From the UHGV virus genome UHGV-0125682: 64,000 nucleotides of DNA; one strand, 5' to 3'. A program made the translations under genes and the position numbers. How positions within the stretch are numbered: position 1 is the first letter of the stretch; every line of letters begins with the position of its first letter. The notes under the pieces were generated by a model that was not told the DNA's origin, did no database searches, and saw only the letters and a list, made by a program, of their open reading frames with translations. The stretch comes from a virus. This document shows, piece after piece, positions 29,870 through 38,080 of this stretch.

Positions 29870-30907
29870 TTACCAGAGCTTCGCGGCGTACTGCGTTTGG
29901 GGGAATGTGTATCCGTAACGTTCTTCGATTGCTTTGCCGTATTTTTTACGAGCTTCATTCAGTTTAATGCCGGTCAGGTCGTCTCCAGAGGCCATCATTA
30001 CGTCTAACAATTCCAGATCCATTTTATCCAACCTTGCCATTGCTTCACGTGATGTACGTATCTTACGCTCAATGATATGGCGAATAGCCGGATCGGCATC
30101 CTCCAGCATCTTAGCGGATTTCTGCTTAAGGCTTTCATTGCGAATATCGATGTTCCTTAAGATGTACGACTTCGCAACGTAGCTTGGCTGGTGTTTTTCC
30201 AGGTCACGAACACGATATAAGTTAAAATCGCCGAGAAGGCTGCATGGTACCGATTCGACGCCAGAATAAATTGTAATGCTCCGGCGTTCACCAACATTAT
30301 TGACAACGGGGATCGTTGTCTTCGGTAGTCTTGCGAAAACCAATGCGCCATGTGCGCCAACTCTAAAGCGAGAAAGGGCATTGCTGCCTTCGATGTTTGT
30401 TGTCAGCACAACATCTGTATATGCCTCTTTACGCGCCCGGTAGATCTCGCCTTCAGGCTCAGCTTCAAAGAAGCGCTGTTCTTCTTCAAGAGCACCTACG
30501 ATTTGAGAAAAAACCCTATTTTTCAGGCTTTTCTTTATGATTTTGTCGTATTTTTTTAGCAATTGTTCACGTGTAAATGTACGTGTTGTTGTAGCGCTTT
30601 GCACAACGACATGCGTGCTTTGATTGGTGTCCTCAATGATGAATGGGATCGGAGAATATACAGACTCAACAATGTTCGACGCTTTGCCGTCGGCATCGCG
30701 GCACATGTCAACGAAGGCTTTCCATTCAGCAAGACATTTTTCAGCTTCTTCTAATATGTTTTGGTCATGCGTTAATGCAACATGGCGGAATTCCTCGCCA
30801 GCATAACTGGTATCATGGAAAACAGAGTTTGCGACCACCAGCTCTTTCCACCGTTCAGCGGTTTGCAGGAACCGTTTGTACTCTTTCTCGATCGACTTCT
30901 TACTCAT
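29870..30907 (-). CDS. hypothetical protein in the P1 c1-equivalent position (candidate immunity repressor)
   Basis: Only gene between pacB and the rox-like site; operator copy 14 bp upstream of its start. Confidence 0.4.
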   Translation of the reverse strand: MSKKSIEKEYKRFLQTAERWKELVVANSVFHDTSYAGEEFRHVALTHDQNILEEAEKCLAEWKAFVDMCRDADGKASNIVESVYSPIPFIIEDTNQSTHVVVQSATTTRTFTREQLLKKYDKIIKKSLKNRVFSQIVGALEEEQRFFEAEPEGEIYRARKEAYTDVVLTTNIEGSNALSRFRVGAHGALVFARLPKTTIPVVNNVGERRSITIYSGVESVPCSLLGDFNLYRVRDLEKHQPSYVAKSYILRNIDIRNESLKQKSAKMLEDADPAIRHIIERKIRTSREAMARLDKMDLELLDVMMASGDDLTGIKLNEARKKYGKAIEERYGYTFPQTQYAAKLW

Positions 30908-30920
30908 TATTCCTACTCGA

Positions 30921-30940
30921 TTTAGTTTTCTAACATAAAA
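30921..30940 (+). promoter_or_regulatory. operator-like repeat
   Basis: tttagttttctaacataaaa. Confidence 0.55.
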
Positions 30941-31106
30941 TTACTATGACAAATTTATGTCGAATAACAGGGTGAGTAAAGGATCGAACTGTGATTTTTT
31001 GTCATCAATTTTAGAAAACCAACCGTAGAAACCACACTTCGCAAATTAAAGACCATGAAGGCAACGTGTTACTGGTCATCATCAATCTATGATGGATTAA
31101 AAAAAA

Positions 31107-31138
31107 TCGGCATTTTATAACTTTAAATAATTGGCATT
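31107..31138. other. rox: rox/lox-type recombination site (14-bp arms, 4-bp spacer)
   Basis: TAACTTTAAATAAT-TGGC-ATTATTTAAAGTTA, perfect inverted arms, 164 bp upstream of cre-like gene. Confidence 0.8.
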
Positions 31139-31153
31139 ATTTAAAGTTAGGCT

Positions 31154-31159
31154 ATAATC
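31154..31159 (+). promoter_or_regulatory. possible -10 element for recombinase gene
   Basis: TATAAT directly downstream of the recombination site. Confidence 0.3.
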
Positions 31160-31301
31160 ATGTGTAGATGAACAGTGTTGACATCACTGAAAATACGTGC
31201 CTCGAATCAAAGGCTTGTATTTTGAAAATTAACTTATAGCTACCCTGTCATTTTTATATTTTTCGCGTAGCGTCATCTGTATATAGAGGTCAAATAGTTT
31301 C

Positions 31302-32330
31302 ATGGGCGAATTAATTATCTCTGGCAGTTCCGGTGGTTTTCTGCGCAACATTGGCAAAGAGTACCAGGAAGCCGCAGAAAACTTTATGCGGTTCATGAAT
31401 GACCAGGGAGCTTATGCGCCGAATACTCTGCGCGACCTCCGTTTGGTGTTTCATTCCTGGGCGCGCTGGTGTCACGCTCGCCAGCTTGCCTGGTTTCCGA
31501 TCTCACCAGAAATGGCCCGCGAGTATTTTCTTCAGCTGCATGATGCCGATCTGGCTTCGACCACCATTGATAAGCACTACGCCATGCTGAACATGCTGCT
31601 TTCGCATTGTGGCCTTCCACCACTTTCGGATGATAAAAGTGTTTCTCTGGCTATGCGGCGCATCCGGCGCGAAGCGGCAACTGAAAAAGGCGAACGAACA
31701 GGCCAGGCTATACCGCTGCGGTGGGACGATCTGAAACTGCTCGACGTCCTGTTGTCCAGGTCTGAACGGCTGGTGGCCCTGCGCAACCGGGCTTTTCTCT
31801 TTGTTGCATACAATACGCTGATGCGTATGTCGGAAATCTCGCGTATTCGTGTAGGAGATCTGGACCAAACAGGTGACACTGTCACGCTACATATTTCACA
31901 CACGAAGACAATAACGACCGCCGCCGGGCTTGATAAGGTGCTTTCCCGTCGCACTACCGCTGTGCTGAATGACTGGCTGGATGTTTCCGGGCTTCGCGAA
32001 CATCCTGACGCAGTGCTGTTCCCGCCGATACACCGTAGCAATAAGGCCAGGATCACGATAACGCCCCTTACTGCACCTGCAATGGAGAAAATATTCAGCG
32101 ACGCCTGGGTGTTGCTGAATAAAGGAGATGCTACGCCAAACAAAGGAAGATACCGGACGTGGACCGGGCATAGTGCACGCGTCGGGGCCGCTATCGATAT
32201 GGCTGAAAAGCAGGTCTCTATGGTGGAGATTATGCAGGAAGGAACCTGGAAGAAACCGGAAACACTTATGCGGTATCTGCGCCGTGGCGGCGTGTCTGTG
32301 GGGGCTAATAGCCGCCTGATGGATTTATAA
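31302..32330 (+). CDS. Cre/Dre-like tyrosine site-specific recombinase
   Basis: Alignable with Cre along its length (WFPxxPE, MRRIRRE, AFLxxAYNTLxRxxEIxRIRVxD, SGHSARVGAAxDMA, catalytic Tyr region MRYLR). Confidence 0.9.
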   Translation: MGELIISGSSGGFLRNIGKEYQEAAENFMRFMNDQGAYAPNTLRDLRLVFHSWARWCHARQLAWFPISPEMAREYFLQLHDADLASTTIDKHYAMLNMLLSHCGLPPLSDDKSVSLAMRRIRREAATEKGERTGQAIPLRWDDLKLLDVLLSRSERLVALRNRAFLFVAYNTLMRMSEISRIRVGDLDQTGDTVTLHISHTKTITTAAGLDKVLSRRTTAVLNDWLDVSGLREHPDAVLFPPIHRSNKARITITPLTAPAMEKIFSDAWVLLNKGDATPNKGRYRTWTGHSARVGAAIDMAEKQVSMVEIMQEGTWKKPETLMRYLRRGGVSVGANSRLMDL

Positions 32331-32349
32331 ATTAAATTTCTAACACATC
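32331..32349 (+). promoter_or_regulatory. operator-like repeat
   Basis: attaaatttctaacacatc upstream of 32404 operon. Confidence 0.55.
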
Positions 32350-32403
32350 TTTTTAGATTAACATCTTTGCTGTAAAGTACCCTCGCCTATTTAGGAGGGT
32401 GCT

Positions 32404-32748
32404 TTGCAGAGTCAAATCACGGAATCAAGACGCTTCAAGGTGGATGGTTACACCGTAACCTTCGCCGCTGGTGTTAAGAACAGTCATGCTGTCGTTGTGT
32501 TCGGCATCATGACCGGGCTTGAGGCCGTCCCTGTGTTTACCCTCGAAAAAAACTGGCGAAATCTGGAGGAAGCAGAAAGCTACGTCCGGAAAGTAACCAT
32601 CATTGCCGCCGAAAAACTCCTGGCCCACTATCAGGAAAATTATCGCACTATGGTCGAGAAGATTAATCTCGCTTTCACTCGCCCCACTACCGGCTTTATT
32701 GCACCGGATACTAATGCAGGTCGATATCCTGCAAGGGGGCGTCGGTGA
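32404..32748 (+). CDS. hypothetical protein (114 aa)
   Basis: ORF, first gene of operon. Confidence 0.5.
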   Translation: MQSQITESRRFKVDGYTVTFAAGVKNSHAVVVFGIMTGLEAVPVFTLEKNWRNLEEAESYVRKVTIIAAEKLLAHYQENYRTMVEKINLAFTRPTTGFIAPDTNAGRYPARGRR

Positions 32749-33221
32749 AAACTTATTACCCATCTCTGAATTGTTACCCGTCTTCCTATCCAGAATTATC
32801 CGGGAAGCTGTTAGCTCTATTAGCTAAAGCACCTACGGAATGGTTTAAGCCAGTCGTTATCAATCCACACTTCCTGGATTACGGATCTGTTCGCACTCGT
32901 AACGAACTCAAAAACCTACTGGCGCATGGATTCATTCGACACCGTGCCGGGAAAGGCTATCAGTTAGCGATTGCGCCAGAAGAGGCCGTGCGGCTATTCG
33001 CATATCGTGACAGCCAGACAAAAGCTCGGGTAATAGCTCAAATACTTCTTAACGGCAGCACCTATGCCCGCCAGTTTGGCGGCGACACGTCGCAGTTCTT
33101 GCGGGCGGTGCGATCGCTGGAGGAGCAAGGGGTTATTGAAAGTTCCTGTCTTCCTGTTCCTACCGTTCCACATATCAAACGTCGGGTTTACACCTTCACG
33201 CAGAGAGCTAAAAAACAATGA
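32745..33221 (+). CDS. hypothetical protein (158 aa)
   Basis: Overlapping stop/start. Confidence 0.5.
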   Translation: MKTYYPSLNCYPSSYPELSGKLLALLAKAPTEWFKPVVINPHFLDYGSVRTRNELKNLLAHGFIRHRAGKGYQLAIAPEEAVRLFAYRDSQTKARVIAQILLNGSTYARQFGGDTSQFLRAVRSLEEQGVIESSCLPVPTVPHIKRRVYTFTQRAKKQ

Positions 33222-33712
33222 TTTACGTAAAAGTGAAACGCCTACATCCGGCAGCAAAACTTCCAGCTTATGCCACCTCCGGATCGGCGGCGATGGATTT
33301 TGAGGCTGTTGAAATAAAACCATGCGTCGATAGCAATGGTGCAATTTCCTCAAGCTGGTGGGTGTACACCGGACTGGCTATGGAGATCCCGCCCGGCTGG
33401 TGTCTGAAACTCTATCCGCGCTCCGGATTGGGCTGCAAAAAACATACTCGCTTGGCTAACTGCGTAGGAATTATCGACTCCGATTATCGCGGTGAAATCA
33501 TGGCAAAACTGATTACTGATCCAGGCGGGGAAGTCGTTCGTCTCAAGCCTGGAATGGCTGTCATGCAAGGCATTTTTGAGCGTGTTGAACAAGTCTCACT
33601 AGTCGAGGTTGAGGAACTCAACGAAACGGAGCGTGGTGCTGGTGGCTTTGGTAGCACATCGGAAGGCCACTTTGAAATAAAGCGTTCACCGCTTCAGTAC
33701 GAAAAGTTATAA
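33218..33712 (+). CDS. dut: dUTPase (trimeric dUTP diphosphatase)
   Basis: dUTPase motifs GSAAMD, GIIDSDYRGE, ERGAGGFGSTS. Confidence 0.85.
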   Translation: MIYVKVKRLHPAAKLPAYATSGSAAMDFEAVEIKPCVDSNGAISSSWWVYTGLAMEIPPGWCLKLYPRSGLGCKKHTRLANCVGIIDSDYRGEIMAKLITDPGGEVVRLKPGMAVMQGIFERVEQVSLVEVEELNETERGAGGFGSTSEGHFEIKRSPLQYEKL

Positions 33713-33726
33713 GCAGAGAAAAGACC

Positions 33727-34494
33727 ATGAATAACATGAAAACAATTCAATACCGCTTGCGTAATGGCCTGCTGGTGGCTGTTAACGCCGACATGTCACT
33801 GCCGTTTGACACGATTGAACGCACTATCATGACGTATCTCGGCTTTAATGAAGAGCTGAATGAAGAGCATGGCGTAGCTATATGGAGTGATGCAGAAAGC
33901 GGCGTTCATCGTTACATCACCGCCAGGGGCAAAGACTACTCTCTTGAAGAACTGTTTACCCTTGCACAGTCTTTCGAATGTGTAGCATTAGACCTGTTTA
34001 ATGATCCTGCTATAGCGCAACGACTTATACGCGAGTTTGGGCTATCCGTTACACCAATTATCTTTAAAAATGGCAGCCTGACTGGCACATGGCGCGTAGA
34101 ACGCATCTCAAACTACCTTCCATATAACCGACAGTTAAATGGAGTAATCTCCGGCGTTAATCAGCCCGTAGCGTGTGAAAATGTAAACCTGGTTGTCGCT
34201 GTTTTGGCAACCGCATGTCGTGTTATCGGTTTGGCTAAACAGGCATTTATTCATTTCCCAAATGGTGCAGAAGGTAGCGCAGAGATTATCGCGTGTGATT
34301 TCGAATTTACCTGGATGCTACGCGAATATCTGGACCAAACAGTATTCCGTGCCGAAGAACTGGATATGTATATCACGTCAACGATTCCAGACGATGTGCG
34401 AGCTGAAGCAATCGCTACAGCCAGGGCGAAATGCCGTGCGGCGATTGCAGAACAGGCCAAAGAAGAAGTTAAGGAAGTGGCAGATGGCGACTAA
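33727..34494 (+). CDS. hypothetical protein (255 aa), coupled to terminase paralog
   Basis: Stop overlaps start of downstream gene by 11 nt. Confidence 0.5.
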   Translation: MNNMKTIQYRLRNGLLVAVNADMSLPFDTIERTIMTYLGFNEELNEEHGVAIWSDAESGVHRYITARGKDYSLEELFTLAQSFECVALDLFNDPAIAQRLIREFGLSVTPIIFKNGSLTGTWRVERISNYLPYNRQLNGVISGVNQPVACENVNLVVAVLATACRVIGLAKQAFIHFPNGAEGSAEIIACDFEFTWMLREYLDQTVFRAEELDMYITSTIPDDVRAEAIATARAKCRAAIAEQAKEEVKEVADGD

Positions 34495-35578
34495 GAGCAA
34501 TATTTATAAAGATCCGCGCTGGCTGTCGCTGGTGGAGAAATATAAAGACAATTGGGTACTGGCAGCAAAAGAATTGTTTGATATTGATTTAAGCCACCAG
34601 CAACAACAAATTGTTGAAGCTATACAGCCCAATAATGCAAAAGCTACTGTCACCACTCCGTATGGGATCGGACGACCGCAAGTGCTTGCTGTTATTAGTA
34701 CCCTTTATACGATTATGTATCCTGATTCCCGGACAGTAATTGTTTATCCAAAATCAAATGTTTGCAAAAGAGGAATTGTTGCATATGTGTGGCAATGTTG
34801 GGAGGCATTGCTGAAAAAACAACCTTTTATCATTGAGTATTTTAAGGTCGGTGATAGCGGTCTGATGTTCAATGAATTTTGGGGAATGTGCTTTTGTAAC
34901 TACCGCCTTAACTATGAAGATAGCATTGCAGGTCACTACGCCGACCATCTTTTATTCATTATTGTGGATTCCGCACATATCAGCGATCGGGCATACAGCA
35001 TTGTGTGGGCAAGCATGACTAGTGGTGATTCACGCATATTGCTCACTTCAATTCCGTCACCAGAGGAAATAGGCTTTTTTTATGATTCACATCATGGACG
35101 TGCTTTAGCTGAAGATAATCCGAGTGGTGTATATAAAGCCATTAAGCTGAGTGCGGAGGATTCACCATTTATTACCCAAGAATATCTTGATCATTTTGCC
35201 GAAAGGTATGGCGGGCGAAATAGTGATGACTATCGTCGTATGATTCTTGGTGAGTTCCCTGGTATTAGGGAGGCTGTTCTTGAATCAGATATGCCGAAGA
35301 CAATGCGCTTTTCGATGCCTGATGGTAGTGAATGGACAATGCCATTACGAGTGATAGCCCGGCATCATGCGCAGCACCACGCCAAAAAACATGGCGTCAC
35401 AACATTAGAATGGTTGAAATCGCACACTATTCCACTCTTCACTGCAGATCACAATGCTATCGTTGAGTGGGCAAAAACAATTCCGTGGGAGCATGTCGCT
35501 GAATATGCTCACATGCTAAAACCGCCGAAAGACAGGCACGAAATTAGCTGGCTGACAGCCGAAAAAATCATTGAATGA
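34484..35578 (+). CDS. terminase-large-subunit ATPase-domain paralog with degenerate Walker motifs, no nuclease domain
   Basis: Aligns to PacB residues about 20-260 (SHQQQQI, DSHH, EDNPxG, SPFxT, YGGR) but Walker A reads YGIGRPQ and Walker B reads IIVDSAH; start reassigned to ATG 34484 with AAGGAAG RBS. Confidence 0.7.
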   Translation: MATKSNIYKDPRWLSLVEKYKDNWVLAAKELFDIDLSHQQQQIVEAIQPNNAKATVTTPYGIGRPQVLAVISTLYTIMYPDSRTVIVYPKSNVCKRGIVAYVWQCWEALLKKQPFIIEYFKVGDSGLMFNEFWGMCFCNYRLNYEDSIAGHYADHLLFIIVDSAHISDRAYSIVWASMTSGDSRILLTSIPSPEEIGFFYDSHHGRALAEDNPSGVYKAIKLSAEDSPFITQEYLDHFAERYGGRNSDDYRRMILGEFPGIREAVLESDMPKTMRFSMPDGSEWTMPLRVIARHHAQHHAKKHGVTTLEWLKSHTIPLFTADHNAIVEWAKTIPWEHVAEYAHMLKPPKDRHEISWLTAEKIIE

Positions 35579-35582
35579 TAGT

Positions 35583-35614
35583 AAGAAGCCCGCCTGGTTG
35601 AGCGGGCTTCTTTT
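35583..35614. terminator. intrinsic terminator between convergent genes
   Basis: gaagcccgcctggttgagcgggcttc hairpin plus TTTTC. Confidence 0.7.
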
Positions 35615-35994
35615 CAAATATTGGAACCATATAGTTCACGTAGTTTTTTCGCTACTGAAGATACGGGGATTTCACCAGTTGCAGCCCCCACTGCAAGCTC
35701 CACCAGCACGGGATCATCATATACCTGTATACCGTTACGGCGTAGAAATAGCAGCGCACTGTTTAGCGCGGTACGCTTATTGGCATCATTGAATATATGC
35801 CCTCTCGCCGTAGCCACCAGGTAGGTGGCGGAGACTTCGAAAAGGTCGGTGATCTCTTCGTAGGCAACTCTGGCCTGAACTCTCCCGATAATGGCCTCTG
35901 CCCTACCCGGATCTGACATTCCCGGCAGGCCGCCGTAGCGGCTTATATTCGCATCATGAAGCGCAATAAGTTCTTCCGGTGATATATGCCTCAT
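35614..35994 (-). CDS. doc: Doc toxin (Fic-fold)
   Basis: Near-identical in my recollection to P1 Doc ([22 protein letters not shown]...). Confidence 0.9.
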
Positions 35995-36215
35995 TATCGG
36001 TTAACCAGTTCCTTGTTGGTGGAGTCCAGGGTGTCAAACAGGGATGCAAATTCGGCATCCAGCGCCGCTTTTTTGTAGGCTTCAAAAGTAGCCTTGCTAA
36101 CAATTACTGCTGGCTCACGGCCTCTGCGGGTGATTTCAACCTCTTCCCCGGCTTCAACATTGTTGAGCACTTCAGAAAGGTTGCCGCGCGCGGTACGGAA
36201 GTTAATGGATTGCAT
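35994..36215 (-). CDS. phd: Phd antitoxin
   Basis: [17 protein letters not shown]..., stop/start overlap with doc. Confidence 0.9.
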
Positions 36216-36323
36216 AAACACCTCGTGTGCTCGTTATGTGTACGCAATTATAGGTTTTAATGATGCTGAATACCACTTCTTGGTGCCTTAAATCCTCGAG
36301 ATGCAGTCTTGCAATTGCTGGGA

Positions 36324-36746
36324 TTAAGCAGAATAAGTGGTTGGAATTCTGAGCAGTAATCCAATCTTGGCTATGTGCTCATATGGCAGCTCTCCGGTTT
36401 TACCATCATGTATCGAGGCTATCAGATTCAATTCTTGCGCCGCTTTACGAATTTCAGTTTCTGATGGAACAAGGCGAAAACCGATGTGTAACATTTTGAT
36501 ATAGAAAGGTAATAGTTCGTACTTCACCCGTAACTGTGCTGCCGCATCTTTCAAATCATGGATGATTTCTTGTTTTAAGTCAGAGCGGGGATTCGATAGC
36601 TTTGCTTGGTTAGACAATAACAGATGCGATATTTCCCCCAACTGTTCCTTGAATGAAATGTAAGACTCAACCCCCTTGATGATGAGTCGACCTAGGACAA
36701 AAACGCTTACTCCAGTGACAACAGTGACAAAAGCAGACGAACTCAT
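36324..36746 (-). CDS. hypothetical membrane protein
   Basis: N-terminal transmembrane helix. Confidence 0.45.
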   Translation of the reverse strand: MSSSAFVTVVTGVSVFVLGRLIIKGVESYISFKEQLGEISHLLLSNQAKLSNPRSDLKQEIIHDLKDAAAQLRVKYELLPFYIKMLHIGFRLVPSETEIRKAAQELNLIASIHDGKTGELPYEHIAKIGLLLRIPTTYSA

Positions 36747-36880
36747 TCGCGTACCTAAAAAGAGAATTATAACCTCATCTTATCTTCAAGTGAGTAACCG
36801 CGTCTAATGGGAGGAATCATTTAAATGGCCAGGGCGATATAGATCCAGTCATGCCTCTCTATGGTTTCTCTGAAAACAAA

Positions 36881-37270
36881 TCATATAGCAGGACTATCAT
36901 CAAATTCACCGCCCCTGGCGTCATTGATAATGTGGGTGATCACACCAAAAACAGCATTACTACCCGTGTAACCATCGTCATCTACTGGTAACGCCTCTTT
37001 CTTCCCGGTGCTTAAATCCTCCAGGTGCTGGCGCGGATACTTCCGGTATCTTTTTACGCGATATTCTCCCTCCATAGCGCATATAAGCAGTGAGCCATCA
37101 ACCGGAGTAAGTGAGGAATCAACCACCAGCAAAGCACCTTGCAATATTCCCTCACGGTGATGGCTGTCTGCCGCCCGCATGAAGTAGGTCGCTGAAGGAT
37201 GTCTGATTAGTTGCTGATCAAGAGAAATACGGCTTTCAACATAATCCGCCGCAGGAGAAGGGAAGCCCAT
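36881..37270 (-). CDS. humD: UmuD-like S24 peptidase (HumD-like)
   Basis: LexA/UmuD C-terminal-domain-like sequence; LexA box upstream. Confidence 0.75.
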   Translation of the reverse strand: MGFPSPAADYVESRISLDQQLIRHPSATYFMRAADSHHREGILQGALLVVDSSLTPVDGSLLICAMEGEYRVKRYRKYPRQHLEDLSTGKKEALPVDDDGYTGSNAVFGVITHIINDARGGEFDDSPAI

Positions 37271-37288
37271 AGCGTTTTACCTTAATGA

Positions 37289-37308
37289 TACTGTTTATTC
37301 ATACAGTA
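37289..37308. promoter_or_regulatory. LexA (SOS) box
   Basis: TACTGTTTATTCATACAGTA, CTGT-N8-ACAG, 19 bp upstream of humD start. Confidence 0.8.
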
Positions 37309-37460
37309 TACATTGAAAAGGCATAGTTTGTGAAAGCGGGGTTTGTAAGCAACGCCGCTGGCGGCAAGGTCTACGTTCACCTTGTCTCGCTCTTCCTGGC
37401 TTTTAGCTGCTATATTTCGATCTGACACAAGAAACCTCCAGGAGTTAGTGGATCAGGCAC

Positions 37461-37811
37461 ATGCACAATAACGTTCTCAATGTTAGCCGTTCAATTCAGA
37501 CAATCAGAGACTGCACCAGTGTGGTGGCATCAATCCCATTGCGAAACAGCATAGACGAACTGCAAATTCGTGTATTGAATCCGAATCAGGCTAATAAGCA
37601 ATTGCGCTTTATTTTGACGCTGAAAAGTGAAACAGAGGGGATAAAGCACAGCGTAAAAGTGTTTTCTGAGGCCATTCTGCTTAATGGGAAGCTCCGGCAT
37701 CTGGTAAGGCCAGAACGTCAATATCCTGACGTCCTGGCGCGTGAAAAAGACCTTCTTTCTGAAGTTCAGGATAGGGTGATCGATTTCGTCAAATGCTATC
37801 CCCTGCATTGA
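37461..37811 (+). CDS. hypothetical protein (116 aa), divergent from humD
   Basis: ORF. Confidence 0.45.
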   Translation: MHNNVLNVSRSIQTIRDCTSVVASIPLRNSIDELQIRVLNPNQANKQLRFILTLKSETEGIKHSVKVFSEAILLNGKLRHLVRPERQYPDVLAREKDLLSEVQDRVIDFVKCYPLH

Positions 37812-38080
37812 GGGCAGGTGTTCCCTTCCGCAAAGTAGGGAAAACTGCTATCAAGTTCATCACACCATCTGCGATGGTCGTAGCACCAAAACGCCTCCCA
37901 CGGTGCACGGAAATACTTCATCCACCAGGACACTCGATCAGGTATATCTGCTGGTGGCAGTTCTTCTGGCAATAATTTGCCTGATAATTCCCTTTCCGCC
38001 CGCGACAGCATTTTTTTGAGGCTCGCGTTCTCTTTTTCAAGCTCATCTACGCGCACCTGTAATTCAGCTTTCGTTGGCAT
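37796..38080 (-). CDS. hypothetical protein with C-terminal CxxC
   Basis: Start reassigned to MPTKAEL. Confidence 0.4.
   Translation of the reverse strand: MPTKAELQVRVDELEKENASLKKMLSRAERELSGKLLPEELPPADIPDRVSWWMKYFRAPWEAFWCYDHRRWCDELDSSFPYFAEGNTCPQCRG

Noticed and set aside
29870-30907. Direct assignment as a P1 C1 homolog
   Set aside because: No sequence similarity to C1 that I can recognise; kept only as a positional candidate.
31393-32171. Antisense and alternative-frame ORFs inside the cre-like gene
   Set aside because: Embedded in a gene with unambiguous Cre-family alignment.
34193-34483. N-terminal extension of the terminase paralog in the ORF track
   Set aside because: Overlaps the upstream gene out of frame and has no RBS; ATG at 34484 has a good RBS and matches the PacB alignment start.
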